Shown here: positions 1-12,016 of the stretch, in pieces
Position numbering within the stretch: the first letter of the stretch is position 1
Layout of the letters: each line of letters begins with the position of its first letter
Assembly (NCBI GenBank): GCA_963716395.1
Contig: OY970309.1
Span: 320,001 to 384,000, forward strand
Source of the DNA: an uncultured Fibrobacteria bacterium
GTDB taxonomy: Bacteria > Fibrobacterota > Fibrobacteria > UBA11236
DNA length: 64,000 nt
Direction of reading: 5' to 3'
Translations under genes and position numbers: made by a program
The notes under the pieces: generated by a model
Seen by the model: the letters and a program-made list of their open reading frames with translations, nothing else
Database searches by the model: none
What the model was told of the DNA's origin: nothing

Positions 1-468
1 CAGGATTCCGTATATTTACGATCAAGTTTGCTGCGTGGAACATGGCAAGAACGTGCATATTGGGGTGATTATGATATTCTCAACTATGCTTACTTTTACA
101 TAAGCTTTGATTCCACCGCCGATACCACCCTTCATTGGTCCCAAGGCGACACGGTGCGCGTGCAATTCTGGAATGCCGCTTTTTCCCTGGTGCATGCCGA
201 ACCCGTCGCGGTTGCACCGGCAACAACATCTTCGCCCTTGCGTGTGCGTTTACTCGCGCGTGAAATCCAATGGCAGCGTCCGGGTGCGACGACCGGAACG
301 ACGTGGGAAATCCGGGATTTGCGTGGCCGGCCCGTGCTGCAAGGGACGGATCAGGGAACCGACGGAAACATCCGCTTCGATCGACTTCCTCCAGGCGTTT
401 TCGAATTGATTTTCACAGACGCCGCCACGCACCATTTTCTTTGGCAGGGCCCCATCACCGCGATATGA
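1..468 (+). CDS. 3' part of a secreted protein with a T9SS/Fibrobacter-type C-terminal sorting-like domain (runs off the window edge)
   Basis: Frame is open from base 1; C-terminus WEIRDLRGRPVLQG...RLPPGVFELIF resembles the 'I.DL.GR....L..G.Y' C-terminal sorting domain pattern. Confidence 0.55.
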   Translation, partial: QDSVYLRSSLLRGTWQERAYWGDYDILNYAYFYISFDSTADTTLHWSQGDTVRVQFWNAAFSLVHAEPVAVAPATTSSPLRVRLLAREIQWQRPGATTGTTWEIRDLRGRPVLQGTDQGTDGNIRFDRLPPGVFELIFTDAATHHFLWQGPITAI

Positions 469-483
469 TACGTATCTTACACG

Positions 484-1332
484 TTACGGTGCGGCGTTAA
501 AGTCGGCCCAGTAGGGATTGCTGTGATTGGTGAAATCCCACGGGATCCACACCTGAAAACCCGTGTCGCTCAGGTTGCGAAGATTCAGCACTTTTTCGTA
601 CTCGGGCGGATAGACCGTCCACGCTCCGTACTGATGGGTGGAATCCGCCTGCCGATAACTCGGCTGCATGCCGATGAGAAAAGACCCCGCCTGCATCCAC
701 TGGGCAAAGGAGGTTTGCAGTTGCGGCTGGCCGTCTTGAAAATCGGTTTCGACGAAGGTGCCGCCCGCATGCGCCTCATAGCGCGTGGTCAGGGGCAAGG
801 CGATTTGCACGGTGTCGGCGTAATACGGAACCGTGTCTAAATACTCGTAGGCCCCGTCGCGCACGGACGGTACCGGCAGGGCGCGCTGGTATTGCACCCA
901 CCGGAGCAGGGTGTGCCTTTGCGCATCCTGACTCACTTCCAGCCTTTCAAAACCATCGGCGGTGACCTGACGCAACTGCGACGTGTCGGGCGCCAAGGTA
1001 TCCCAACTGGTGAATTCGCCGGTGTACTCGGCCCAACTCGATAAGACGGCGCTCCACACCATGCCGCCGCCCTGGGCGCGCCAGTTTCCCTTGATCTCCT
1101 GCTCCACGGCGTTGGAATCGACGGAGAAGAAATGGAAGGCACCGCTCGAATCCAGAATGAGATCGCTTTCCAACCCCAAGAGACGCGTGGCCTCGCCATG
1201 ATCGCCGCGATAATACCCGGGGGTTACGGTTGGGGGACTGTTTTCCTCTCCTCCGAAAATGCAGGCCGAAAGCAGCACCGCGCCCGCCGTCACTAAGAGG
1301 CGCACTGCCGACTTTAAACCCGTCCGGCGCAT
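484..1332 (-). CDS. Lipoprotein with two tandem beta-barrel-like (lipocalin/NlpE-like) domains
   Basis: ATG at 1332 gives MRRTGLKSAVRLLVTAGAVLLSAC (lipobox LSAC); internal duplication visible in the protein. Confidence 0.6.
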   Translation of the reverse strand: MRRTGLKSAVRLLVTAGAVLLSACIFGGEENSPPTVTPGYYRGDHGEATRLLGLESDLILDSSGAFHFFSVDSNAVEQEIKGNWRAQGGGMVWSAVLSSWAEYTGEFTSWDTLAPDTSQLRQVTADGFERLEVSQDAQRHTLLRWVQYQRALPVPSVRDGAYEYLDTVPYYADTVQIALPLTTRYEAHAGGTFVETDFQDGQPQLQTSFAQWMQAGSFLIGMQPSYRQADSTHQYGAWTVYPPEYEKVLNLRNLSDTGFQVWIPWDFTNHSNPYWADFNAAP

Positions 1333-1485
1333 ACGATCCCTACGTTTTTTTTCACCACCCGGCCCCCTTTCCAAACTACACCGGAACCCGGCTAAACGCT
1401 GCGCGGTTTGGCGAACTTCGGGCGGCCATCCGGCTTTTTCCGCGTCGACGCGCGCCACTCCGCTTCGCCGCCCGGCGAAAAAAGC

Positions 1486-2457
1486 CTACTTGCGATGCTG
1501 CTGCCGCGTGCGTTCCGACAGAACCAAGGTGTCGGGCGGCACCGAGGATGTAACCCAACAGTTACCTCCGATCACGCTGTTGCGGCCGATAACGGTTTTC
1601 CCGCCCAGCACCGTGGCGCCGGCATACAGCGTGACGTGGTCTTCAATGTCAGGATGGCGTTTGATGCCTTTGATGGGCTTGCCATTCCGGTCTTTGGGAA
1701 AAGACAGCGCGCCCAGCGTCACGCCCTGGTAGATTTTGACGCCTTGGCCGAGTACCGCGGTTTCGCCGATCACCACACCGGTGCCGTGATCGATGAACAA
1801 GCCCGGCCCGATGCTCGCGCCCGGATGAATGTCGATACCCGTGCGCGCATGCGCCACTTCGCTCAACATGCGCGGCAGCAAGGGAATTTTCAGCCGGTGC
1901 AACTCGTGCGCGATGCGATGCGCAGCGATGGCGGGCACGAAAGGGTAACTCAGCAGCACCTCAACTACCGAGGTCGCAGCGGGATCGCCTTCGTAGGCCG
2001 CCTGCAAATCTTCGCCTAGCATGGCGCGGATGTCGGGCAATTGTTGCAGCAAGGCCTCGGCTGCGACTTCGGCCCGGCCGCGGTTGTCGCCACATTCGCT
2101 GGCATCGGCGCCCGACCGCCTTGCTTCGAAATCCAGCGCCATGGTCGCGAAATCCGCCAACGTCGCGCGCAAGGTATGCAACGTTTCGCGCAAAAAAACG
2201 GCCAACTGTTTCTCCTGTACGGCTTGATCACCGAAAGCTCCGGGAAAAAGCACCGCCAGAAAATCGTCGAGCAGGCGCGCCACGGCCTTGCGGCCCGGCA
2301 TCCGACAACCTTCCTGGATATTGGCCAAATGGTCCCCGGCAATGGCGGCTTCCAAAGCCGGCGCCAATGTCGGCGGCGAATCCGGCGGGAATTCCGCGGG
2401 TTTTCGGGATGAGTTCTTGGCGACCTTGGGGTGAGTCGGGTGCGGGTTTTGGTTCAT
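1486..2457 (-). CDS. cysE: Serine O-acetyltransferase (EpsC/CysE type)
   Basis: AYEGDPAA, TGIDIHPGA, FIDHGTGVVIGET, IYQGVTLG, KRHP motifs; start taken at ATG 2457 (MNQNPH). Confidence 0.9.
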   Translation of the reverse strand: MNQNPHPTHPKVAKNSSRKPAEFPPDSPPTLAPALEAAIAGDHLANIQEGCRMPGRKAVARLLDDFLAVLFPGAFGDQAVQEKQLAVFLRETLHTLRATLADFATMALDFEARRSGADASECGDNRGRAEVAAEALLQQLPDIRAMLGEDLQAAYEGDPAATSVVEVLLSYPFVPAIAAHRIAHELHRLKIPLLPRMLSEVAHARTGIDIHPGASIGPGLFIDHGTGVVIGETAVLGQGVKIYQGVTLGALSFPKDRNGKPIKGIKRHPDIEDHVTLYAGATVLGGKTVIGRNSVIGGNCWVTSSVPPDTLVLSERTRQQHRK

Positions 2458-2519
2458 TTGCAACAAATATAGATTCGGCCTTTTCCGGCCGGATTTCGCG
2501 GCCGAATTAGATTGGGGCC

Positions 2520-3656
2520 ATGCGCATCTGGGTCGATGAAAATATTCCGGGGCGCGAGGTTTTTTCGGTCTATGGCGAAGTGCGAACCTTCGCGGGGCGG
2601 GCTTTGCGCCATAGTGATCTCTACAATGCCGACGCCCTGCTGGTGCGCTCGGTAACCCGGGTTGATCGCGACTTGCTCGACGGCACCCCGGTAGCCTTCG
2701 TGGGCACAGCCACCATCGGTGTGAATCACGTCGATCAGGGCTACTTGCGGGGCGCGGGCATCGGCTTCGCCTCGGCGCCGGGATGCAACGCCCGCTCCGT
2801 GGCCGAATACGTGGTCGCGGCCTTGCTGCATTTGCAGGCACAAAGCGGATTGCCACTCGCTGGGCGGACTTTGGGAATCGTGGGATGCGGGCATGTGGGC
2901 GGCGAAGTCGCGCGTCTGGCCCCCGCCTTAGGGTTGAAAATACTGCGCTGCGACCCGCCGCGGGCCGAAGCCGGCCATGCAGGCCCGTGGTTGAATCTGG
3001 CGGAATTGTCGGCCCGAAGCGACATTATAACCTGGCACGTACCGTTAATCGAAACCGGGAGGCATTCCACGCGCGCCTTGGCCGGATCAGAGTTTTTCCA
3101 GGGGTTGAGCCGCCCCATGTGCTTTCTCAACACCTCGCGGGGCGAAGCGGTGGACGAAAGCGCCCTGCTGCGGGCCTGCGATCGCGGCCTGATTTCGCAC
3201 TTGGTGCTGGACGTGTTCGCGGGTGAACCGGATATCGATTCTTCGCTCGTGCAACGTGCCGATTTGGCCACACCCCATATTGCGGGATATTCGGTTCAGG
3301 GCAAGTTGAATGGAACCCGCCAAATCTTGGCGGCGTTTTGCCGCCATTTCCACCTGCAAAAAACCCGGGAGCCGGAATATCCCTCGCCGGCCCGGCCCGA
3401 AATCGACTATCAACCCGGAAAAAGCGCCGAATTCAATTTGCTACACTGCGTCACGCATGCCTATGCAATTGCCCGGGATGACGAAAAATTAAAGTCCGCG
3501 CTGAAAAACCCCGACAAACCGGCACCATTCGACTCCTTGCGCCGAAATTATCCCGCACGCTTTGAATTCCCGTCCTTCCGTATTCGGAATATTCCCGCGC
3601 CGGATTTCCTGTTACGCGAGCGCCTGCAAGGATTGGGCTTTTTTTTGGAATCGTGA
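2520..3656 (+). CDS. pdxB: Erythronate-4-phosphate dehydrogenase
   Basis: DENIP N-terminus, LLVRSVTRV, ATIGxNH, APGCNARSVAEYV, GIVGCGHVG, TPHIAGYS, FDSLRRNYP. Confidence 0.92.
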   Translation: MRIWVDENIPGREVFSVYGEVRTFAGRALRHSDLYNADALLVRSVTRVDRDLLDGTPVAFVGTATIGVNHVDQGYLRGAGIGFASAPGCNARSVAEYVVAALLHLQAQSGLPLAGRTLGIVGCGHVGGEVARLAPALGLKILRCDPPRAEAGHAGPWLNLAELSARSDIITWHVPLIETGRHSTRALAGSEFFQGLSRPMCFLNTSRGEAVDESALLRACDRGLISHLVLDVFAGEPDIDSSLVQRADLATPHIAGYSVQGKLNGTRQILAAFCRHFHLQKTREPEYPSPARPEIDYQPGKSAEFNLLHCVTHAYAIARDDEKLKSALKNPDKPAPFDSLRRNYPARFEFPSFRIRNIPAPDFLLRERLQGLGFFLES

Positions 3657-3748
3657 CACGGTTCGGTAAAATTCTCATCGAGTTGTGGCGAAAACTCTTT
3701 GGCGCCAGTATGTTAAGCAATTAAGGACGATGGGACCCGGTAACTTCG

Positions 3749-4561
3749 ATGAAACACCTTCTCACCGCCGAAACTCCCGTGCGCGAATGCCTGCGCCTGC
3801 GGCCTTTATCCCTGGAATTGTTCGCGAAGCGCGGCCTCGATTGCTGGAGCCACGTCGATAAACCTCTGCGCTTTTTCTTTCCGGACGAAGCCTCCGGTGC
3901 TTTGGCGGCTTTTCTGGAGGAATTCGAAATCATACCCGTGCCCCTGGTCGACAGCCGCTGGCAGGAATTGCCGGTGGCGCATCTGCTCGACTTTCTGACC
4001 CAAGAGCACCGCGAATTTCTGCTGAATTCGGTGACGGATATTGCTTACGTCATTGACGTGCAAGGCTTGGTGGACGCAGAAGTCGGTTCCGACGTGCGCC
4101 GGTTACAGGCCGAATTCCAGGATTTTGTGGCGGCCCTGCGTTCGGAGCTCGAACAGGAGGAAACGCGCGTGTTCCGGCGCATTCTGCGTTACGACGCCTG
4201 CCTGCGCGATGCGCGGGTGCATCCCGAATTCCAACAGGGCTCGCTGCAATTCAGCATTGCCATGCGCGCCCATCGCTTTACGGCCATGCGGCATAAAACC
4301 TTTCCGGCCCTGCTGGCTTTGGCTCATCGGGCCGAGCAATCCAATCCGGAAAACTCGGGGCTCACGACCTTGGCGGAACGGCTGCGCGATTTCGACCAAC
4401 GGCTGGAAACGCATGAGCGCCTGGAAATGGACGCGCTTTTCCCCATGGCCCTGGCCATGGAGCGTACGCTCTATAACCTTACCATCAACGGTTCGCATGC
4501 GGCGGACCGCGTCGTACGCGGACCCATGGATTCCGGCATTCTCCGCCTGCGCGGCGCCTAA
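3749..4561 (+). CDS. Divergent hemerythrin / RIC (YtfE/ScdA)-like protein
   Basis: ScdA_N-like start (LELFAKRGLDC), LLDFLTQEHREFL, EETRVF and THERLEMDALFP resemble RIC helices. Confidence 0.55.
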   Translation: MKHLLTAETPVRECLRLRPLSLELFAKRGLDCWSHVDKPLRFFFPDEASGALAAFLEEFEIIPVPLVDSRWQELPVAHLLDFLTQEHREFLLNSVTDIAYVIDVQGLVDAEVGSDVRRLQAEFQDFVAALRSELEQEETRVFRRILRYDACLRDARVHPEFQQGSLQFSIAMRAHRFTAMRHKTFPALLALAHRAEQSNPENSGLTTLAERLRDFDQRLETHERLEMDALFPMALAMERTLYNLTINGSHAADRVVRGPMDSGILRLRGA

Positions 4562-4711
4562 TCAATCGATCGGTGGCCCGCGTTTCGGCGGCGGTGCCCT
4601 CACTTCTTATTCGCACCGGCTTGCGAGGCCTTGACGGTTTCGCTAAATTGAATCGCCTCACGGCATTACAGCTCACAGATCTATTCGGAAGAAACAGAAG
4701 GGAGTCCGGTT

Positions 4712-7438
<2,727 letters not shown>

Positions 7439-7460
7439 CCGTTCTTTACGCCCGACTTGA

Positions 7461-7501
7461 AGAGCAGAAAAGCCTCAGCGCCTTTCTGCTCTTTTTTGTT
7501 T
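7461..7501 (+). terminator. Rho-independent terminator after ppdK
   Basis: AGAGCAGAAA...TTTCTGCTCT stem followed by TTTTTGTTT. Confidence 0.8.
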
Positions 7502-7509
7502 GACATTCT

Positions 7510-7552
7510 TGCACAAAACTCGGATTTGAACGTGAATATCCGGTTTTGTGCA
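7510..7552. repeat. 15-bp inverted repeat with one bulge in the ppdK-orphan intergenic region
   Basis: TGCACAAAAC(T)CGGAT-N12-ATCCGGTTTTGTGCA. Confidence 0.75.
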
Positions 7553-7788
7553 TATCTTATCAACAGTATCAACGTGGTAACGACAATTGTTTAACCAAAG
7601 CGTGTCCGATGATAACGCACATGGGAAAATCGGGCATGGGTTTTAATCTTGCCAGCGCCTAGTTTAAGTTTGGGTTCGATCTTGGTAGAATCGTAGACCG
7701 CAACTATTTTCTTCGCTCGGATTTTGCGGGAGGCTTTCTGTCCTCAAACCTGATCCAAGAACTCGAAGCCGCATACGCTTGCGGAGAG

Positions 7789-8169
7789 ATGGAAACCCTT
7801 AAGGAATCCATTCTTCCCTTCATTCGCGCCAACCGGGAGAAAATCCTGCTTTTCATCGGCGATTTTCAGCGGTCGCGCAGTTCCTGCCGCCTGGATCAAT
7901 TGATCAAATTTTTCATCATCCAGAGCAACCTGCCCTTCAACATGCGCGATTACATGACGCGCCAAAGCCATGCCATCCACTGCGAAGTGGGCAAGCATGA
8001 AAACGCCGAGCTGCGCCGGGTCGCAGTCACCGAATGGATTCATCGCAAAGCCGAAGAACACCGTAGCCGCAGCATGATTCAGCAGGTCTTTTGCTTCGAG
8101 AAGTGCAAGGAGATGCTGCTCCCCCTGATCGAAGAAGAATTGGGATTGACCATCGGCGCCGGCGTTTGA
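7789..8169 (+). CDS. Hypothetical protein, 126 aa, predicted alpha-helical
   Basis: GGAGAG SD-like sequence before ATG; coding-like codon usage; no recognised family. Confidence 0.7.
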   Translation: METLKESILPFIRANREKILLFIGDFQRSRSSCRLDQLIKFFIIQSNLPFNMRDYMTRQSHAIHCEVGKHENAELRRVAVTEWIHRKAEEHRSRSMIQQVFCFEKCKEMLLPLIEEELGLTIGAGV

Positions 8170-8279
8170 TCGTCGGCTCGATTCGCCCTTCCTTTCCGAT
8201 CCCCCAGCGCGCGTTTTACCCGCATTCTTCCGGACATCCCGTCTGCCTGAGGTTCTGCGGCGGATTGCGTCGCTCGTTT

Positions 8280-9089
8280 TCACCGACCCGCGACGCGGCG
8301 CACCAATAGGGCGCGGCGATGTTCGCGGAAAAAGGCTCGGATCGGTTCGCCAAGCTCCGGCAGAACGGCTCCATTCTCCGCGGCTAAGAACGACTCGACG
8401 TCGGCTTCGGTGACTCCGCCCTGACCCAGATGCGCAAACAGACGGCGGTAAAAGTCTTTGAGAAAGTGCGCCGCTTCGACCCCGAATCCCAGTTTTTGCA
8501 AACCGATTTCATTCACGCCAGCCCAGGCCAAGGGTTCGCCCAGTGCTTTGCAAAAGGGCGGCACGTCTTTGTCGACGCGCAACCCCCCGCCGATGAAGAC
8601 GCCGGGCCCCACGGTGACGAATTGGTGGAGGCCCGTCATGCCCGAAACCACGGCGCCGGAGCCGATGCGCACATGGCCGCCCATGTGCACCCCGTTGGCC
8701 ACGATCACGCCGTCTTCGAGCACGCAGTCATGCGCCACATGCGAGTAAGCCATCACCAGCACCTTGGCGCCGATGCGGGTGCAGCCGGTGGCGGCCGTGG
8801 CGCGGTTCACGGTCACGTATTCGCGCAGGACCGAGCCTGGTCCGATGCGCACGCGGGTTGGTTCTCCCCGGTATTTCAGGTCTTGCGGCGCATGGCCGAG
8901 GATGACCCCGTCGGAAAGCGCGACGCCGGCCTCCAGTTCCACCCCGGAATACAGATGGCAAAACGCGCCGATGCGCGCACCCGGACCGAGCATGACCCCG
9001 TCGTCGATGACCGCGTAGGGCCCGACTTCGGCGTCGGCCGCAACGACTGCGGCCGGATGCACCAGGGCCGTGGGGTGAATTTCGGACAT
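8280..9089 (-). CDS. lpxA: Acyl-ACP--UDP-N-acetylglucosamine O-acyltransferase
   Basis: IHPTALVHP, PQDLKY, REYVTVNRAT, SHVAHDC, HQFV, hexapeptide repeats. Confidence 0.93.
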   Translation of the reverse strand: MSEIHPTALVHPAAVVAADAEVGPYAVIDDGVMLGPGARIGAFCHLYSGVELEAGVALSDGVILGHAPQDLKYRGEPTRVRIGPGSVLREYVTVNRATAATGCTRIGAKVLVMAYSHVAHDCVLEDGVIVANGVHMGGHVRIGSGAVVSGMTGLHQFVTVGPGVFIGGGLRVDKDVPPFCKALGEPLAWAGVNEIGLQKLGFGVEAAHFLKDFYRRLFAHLGQGGVTEADVESFLAAENGAVLPELGEPIRAFFREHRRALLVRRVAGR

Positions 9090-9114
9090 GGAGGCAAAAT
9101 CCGAAGGCGGGCGC

Positions 9115-9576
9115 TTAGACCAGCGCGGCTTTGATCACGGCCTCGCACACCTTTTCGCCGCGTACTTCGGCCCGGGCGGCAAAGGTGGCGAATCCGCGGC
9201 GATACTGGGTCAAGGAGGCGTGCAAATACAAGGTATCGCCGGGCCGGACCGGCTTGCGGAAACGCGCGTTTTCAAGGCCGGCAAAGGCGGGCCGCTTGCC
9301 CGCAGCTTCTTCGGGGTAAGAGCAGGCCATAAGAATACAGCAGGCCTGGGCCAGGGCTTCGATTTGCAGCACCCCCGGCATCACCGGTTCGCCGGGAAAA
9401 TGCCCCGCGACAAAATCGTCGGCAAAAGAGACATTCTTCACGGCTTCAATGCGGCGGCCCGGCTCGCAGACCGGCACTGCATCGACGAACAGAAACGGGG
9501 GCCGATGCGGAATGGCGCGCAGAATGCCGGCATAATCCAGGGCGATGGAATCGGGACGAGTCGGAGTTTCGCTCAT
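9115..9576 (-). CDS. fabZ: 3-hydroxyacyl-ACP dehydratase
   Basis: IPHRPPFLFVD, GHFPGEPVMPGVLQIEALAQ, FRKPVRPGD. Confidence 0.95.
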   Translation of the reverse strand: MSETPTRPDSIALDYAGILRAIPHRPPFLFVDAVPVCEPGRRIEAVKNVSFADDFVAGHFPGEPVMPGVLQIEALAQACCILMACSYPEEAAGKRPAFAGLENARFRKPVRPGDTLYLHASLTQYRRGFATFAARAEVRGEKVCEAVIKAALV

Positions 9577-10475
9577 GGTTGCAATCGCTCCAGCAGCAGA
9601 TGGTTCAAGGCGTGCCCGCCGTTGCGCATGCGCAGTTGCAAGCGCGGCAGGCGCAATCCCAGCAAGGCCAGGTCTCCCAGCAGATCTAATATCTTGTGCT
9701 TAGCCAACTCCTCCTCCACCCGAAACCGGCCCGGTGGCAAGAGGGGAAATTCCGCATCTGCGAGTTCGGGATAGCGGGCCCGGGCCTCGACGAATTCGTC
9801 TTGCGTCTCGGCCAGCAAGAGGCCCGACCCCAATGCCGCCCCCTGCAACAGATCCGGATCGGGAGCGGCTTTTTTCCAATCGCTCCAAGAAATAAAAGTT
9901 CGGGCCGGCAGCACTTCGCGCACCGCTGTTTCCGCATCGCCCAACACAAAGCGCTGCCGCCAAGCGCCGCGGCTCCAGGCGTACTCCACCGAAAATCCAT
10001 CCGCCGGCCGCGCCTGCAAACTTCCTTCGGGCCCGTCATAGTCCCAGCGAAGGTCAGACGCAAACTCGCGCCAGCGGGGCCGGGCCGCGGCTTCGGGAGC
10101 CGCCGCCGCCAAGGCCCGGTAAAACGGGAGGCTGCTGCCGTCCAAACCCGGAGGTTCGACCGCATCGCAATGCACATCCAACGGGGAGTCGGCGAAAAAC
10201 ACGGCGGCCGCCAGCACATGCTCCGGCGCCTCGATAGCCCCCGCGCCATATTCGATGCGGGTCGACCGCCGGGCCAGACGGGTTCCTTCTCCCAGCGCTT
10301 CGGGGGCCAGAGGTCCGTCGGGCCAAAAGAAACGCAGTCCGCCGCTCTGCTCGTCGCGGCGCCGCACCCACCAGCGGCTGGGCCGGCCACGATGCAGGCC
10401 GACTCCGGCCAGATCGCAGGCTACGGTCGCTTCGCCGCCCGCGGGTCTTTCGGGGACGGACAGGAGAGACGTCAT
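9573..10475 (-). CDS. lpxC: UDP-3-O-acyl-GlcNAc deacetylase (divergent)
   Basis: GVGLHRG, PEHVLAA, DGSS, PARTF, HKILDLLGDL, GGHALN; lies between lpxD and fabZ. Confidence 0.85.
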   Translation of the reverse strand: MTSLLSVPERPAGGEATVACDLAGVGLHRGRPSRWWVRRRDEQSGGLRFFWPDGPLAPEALGEGTRLARRSTRIEYGAGAIEAPEHVLAAAVFFADSPLDVHCDAVEPPGLDGSSLPFYRALAAAAPEAAARPRWREFASDLRWDYDGPEGSLQARPADGFSVEYAWSRGAWRQRFVLGDAETAVREVLPARTFISWSDWKKAAPDPDLLQGAALGSGLLLAETQDEFVEARARYPELADAEFPLLPPGRFRVEEELAKHKILDLLGDLALLGLRLPRLQLRMRNGGHALNHLLLERLQP

Positions 10476-11449
10476 GGAAGCCGCGCCGGAAACCTGCCGG
10501 TTTCCTGTCCCAGATTTTTGAGGAAGATTTGCTGGCGCCGCCATGCGCGGATAGGCCGGGCCGGAAAGCCGGCCACCACCGCTCCGTCGGGCTGATGCTT
10601 GGTGACGGCCGAGCAGGCGGCCACCGACACGTTGCGGCCAAGACGCAGATGCCCGGCCACCGAAGCCGCACCGCCTAGGCGGAGGTGGTCGCCCGCGGTC
10701 GTGGAACCCGCAATGCCGGACTGTGATGCCAAAAGACAGTCTTTTCCCAGCCGCACATTGTGCGCGATCTGCACGTGGCTGTCGAGCTTGCAACCCGGGC
10801 CTAAGGTGGTGGGTTCGAGCACCCCGGCAGCGATGACGCTATTGGCGCCGATGAAAACCTCGTCGCCGATGTCCACTCCGGCCAAATGCGGCATGGCGAG
10901 GCGTTCGCCGGCGGCTTCGAAGAAGCCGAATCCGTCGCAACCGAGGACGGCTCCGGATTGAATCACGCAGTTGCGCCCCACGATCACATGCGCGGCAATA
11001 ACGGCGCGAGGTTCGATGCGGGTGCCACGGCCGATGAAACTGCCCGGGCCCACGAACGCTCCCGCGCCCACCGAGACTTCACCTGCGAGCACGCCTTCGA
11101 CCACCGCGCCCGGTCCCAGGATATTTCCCTCCCCGGGGGCGAAGGGTTCGGGGTATTCGATGCGAGAAGCGAAAGCTTCGATGAGGGTGGCCAAGACGCG
11201 CCGCGCGCTGGTTACCCGGATGACGGGAAGGTCGCAATCGACGCCGGCTTCGGCCAAGATGAGCCCCGGCCGGCCTGGTAACTGCGCCGTGTCCGCACCC
11301 AGCACCACGCAGCCATCCGCCCGCGCCTGCTCGGGTGAATCCAGGGAAAAAAAGCGCGCGGGAAAGGCCGCCGGGTCGGCGGTTCCATCCACCAGCGGTT
11401 TGCAGGCGGCCAAGGCTTCGTCCGTGGCGATGCCGCCGCGGAAGCGCAA
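10472..11449 (-). CDS. lpxD: UDP-3-O-(3-hydroxyacyl)glucosamine N-acyltransferase
   Basis: GCDGFGF, IGDEVFIGANS, KLDSHVQIAHNV, GIAGS, GFPARP. Confidence 0.88.
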   Translation of the reverse strand: MRFRGGIATDEALAACKPLVDGTADPAAFPARFFSLDSPEQARADGCVVLGADTAQLPGRPGLILAEAGVDCDLPVIRVTSARRVLATLIEAFASRIEYPEPFAPGEGNILGPGAVVEGVLAGEVSVGAGAFVGPGSFIGRGTRIEPRAVIAAHVIVGRNCVIQSGAVLGCDGFGFFEAAGERLAMPHLAGVDIGDEVFIGANSVIAAGVLEPTTLGPGCKLDSHVQIAHNVRLGKDCLLASQSGIAGSTTAGDHLRLGGAASVAGHLRLGRNVSVAACSAVTKHQPDGAVVAGFPARPIRAWRRQQIFLKNLGQETGRFPARLP

Positions 11450-11450
11450 G

Positions 11451-12005
11451 CTATTTGCCTCCGGGGGTCTTGCTGTTATCGCTGTTGGCTTGCGCGGCGT
11501 CTTCTTTGTTCAGGAGATCAAGCACCTTTTGGGTGAGATCGTCCTCTTTTTTCCAAAACACCACGGCGCCCGAGGCGCGATCCAAGACCAGGTCATAGCC
11601 TTCCTGATTGGCCACGTCCTGAATGGTCTTTTTGATTTTCTGAATGATGGGATCGGAGATCTCCTGGTTCTTCTGGAAGAGGTCGCCGTCTTTGCCGTAA
11701 ATTTTCTGCACGAACTGCTCGTACTCGCTCTGCTTCTTGAGATAATCGGCCTGCAACTCCTTCTTCTTGTCCTCCGACAGCATCAGCGACTGCTTATCGA
11801 GCCGATCCTTCATGTCGAGCAGATCTTTCTGCTTGGCGGCGGCCTCCTGTTCCCACTTCGCCACCTGCTGGTCGTATTCTTTTTGCGCCTTCTTGGTCTC
11901 GGTGTACTTGTCGAAAATAATCTTCGAGTCCACATGGGCGATTTTCAAGTCTGCGCCGGCGAAGACCAGGGCGGCGGACGCCATAATCATGATCCAGGTT
12001 TTCAT
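11451..12005 (-). CDS. skp: Skp/OmpH periplasmic chaperone
   Basis: Signal peptide, LKIAHVDS, coiled coil, EGYDLVLD, DLTQKVL; follows bamA. Confidence 0.9.
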   Translation of the reverse strand: MKTWIMIMASAALVFAGADLKIAHVDSKIIFDKYTETKKAQKEYDQQVAKWEQEAAAKQKDLLDMKDRLDKQSLMLSEDKKKELQADYLKKQSEYEQFVQKIYGKDGDLFQKNQEISDPIIQKIKKTIQDVANQEGYDLVLDRASGAVVFWKKEDDLTQKVLDLLNKEDAAQANSDNSKTPGGK

Positions 12006-12016
12006 AGGAACCTCCC

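Noticed and set aside
3699-3716. TGGCGCCAGTATGTT as a sigma54 promoter for the RIC-like gene
   Set aside because: Lacks GC at the required GG-N10-GC spacing
7610-7670. ACGCACATGGGAAAATC resembles the start of a c-di-GMP-I riboswitch
   Set aside because: No GNRA-capped P2 stem, GACGCAAA segment or receptor follows
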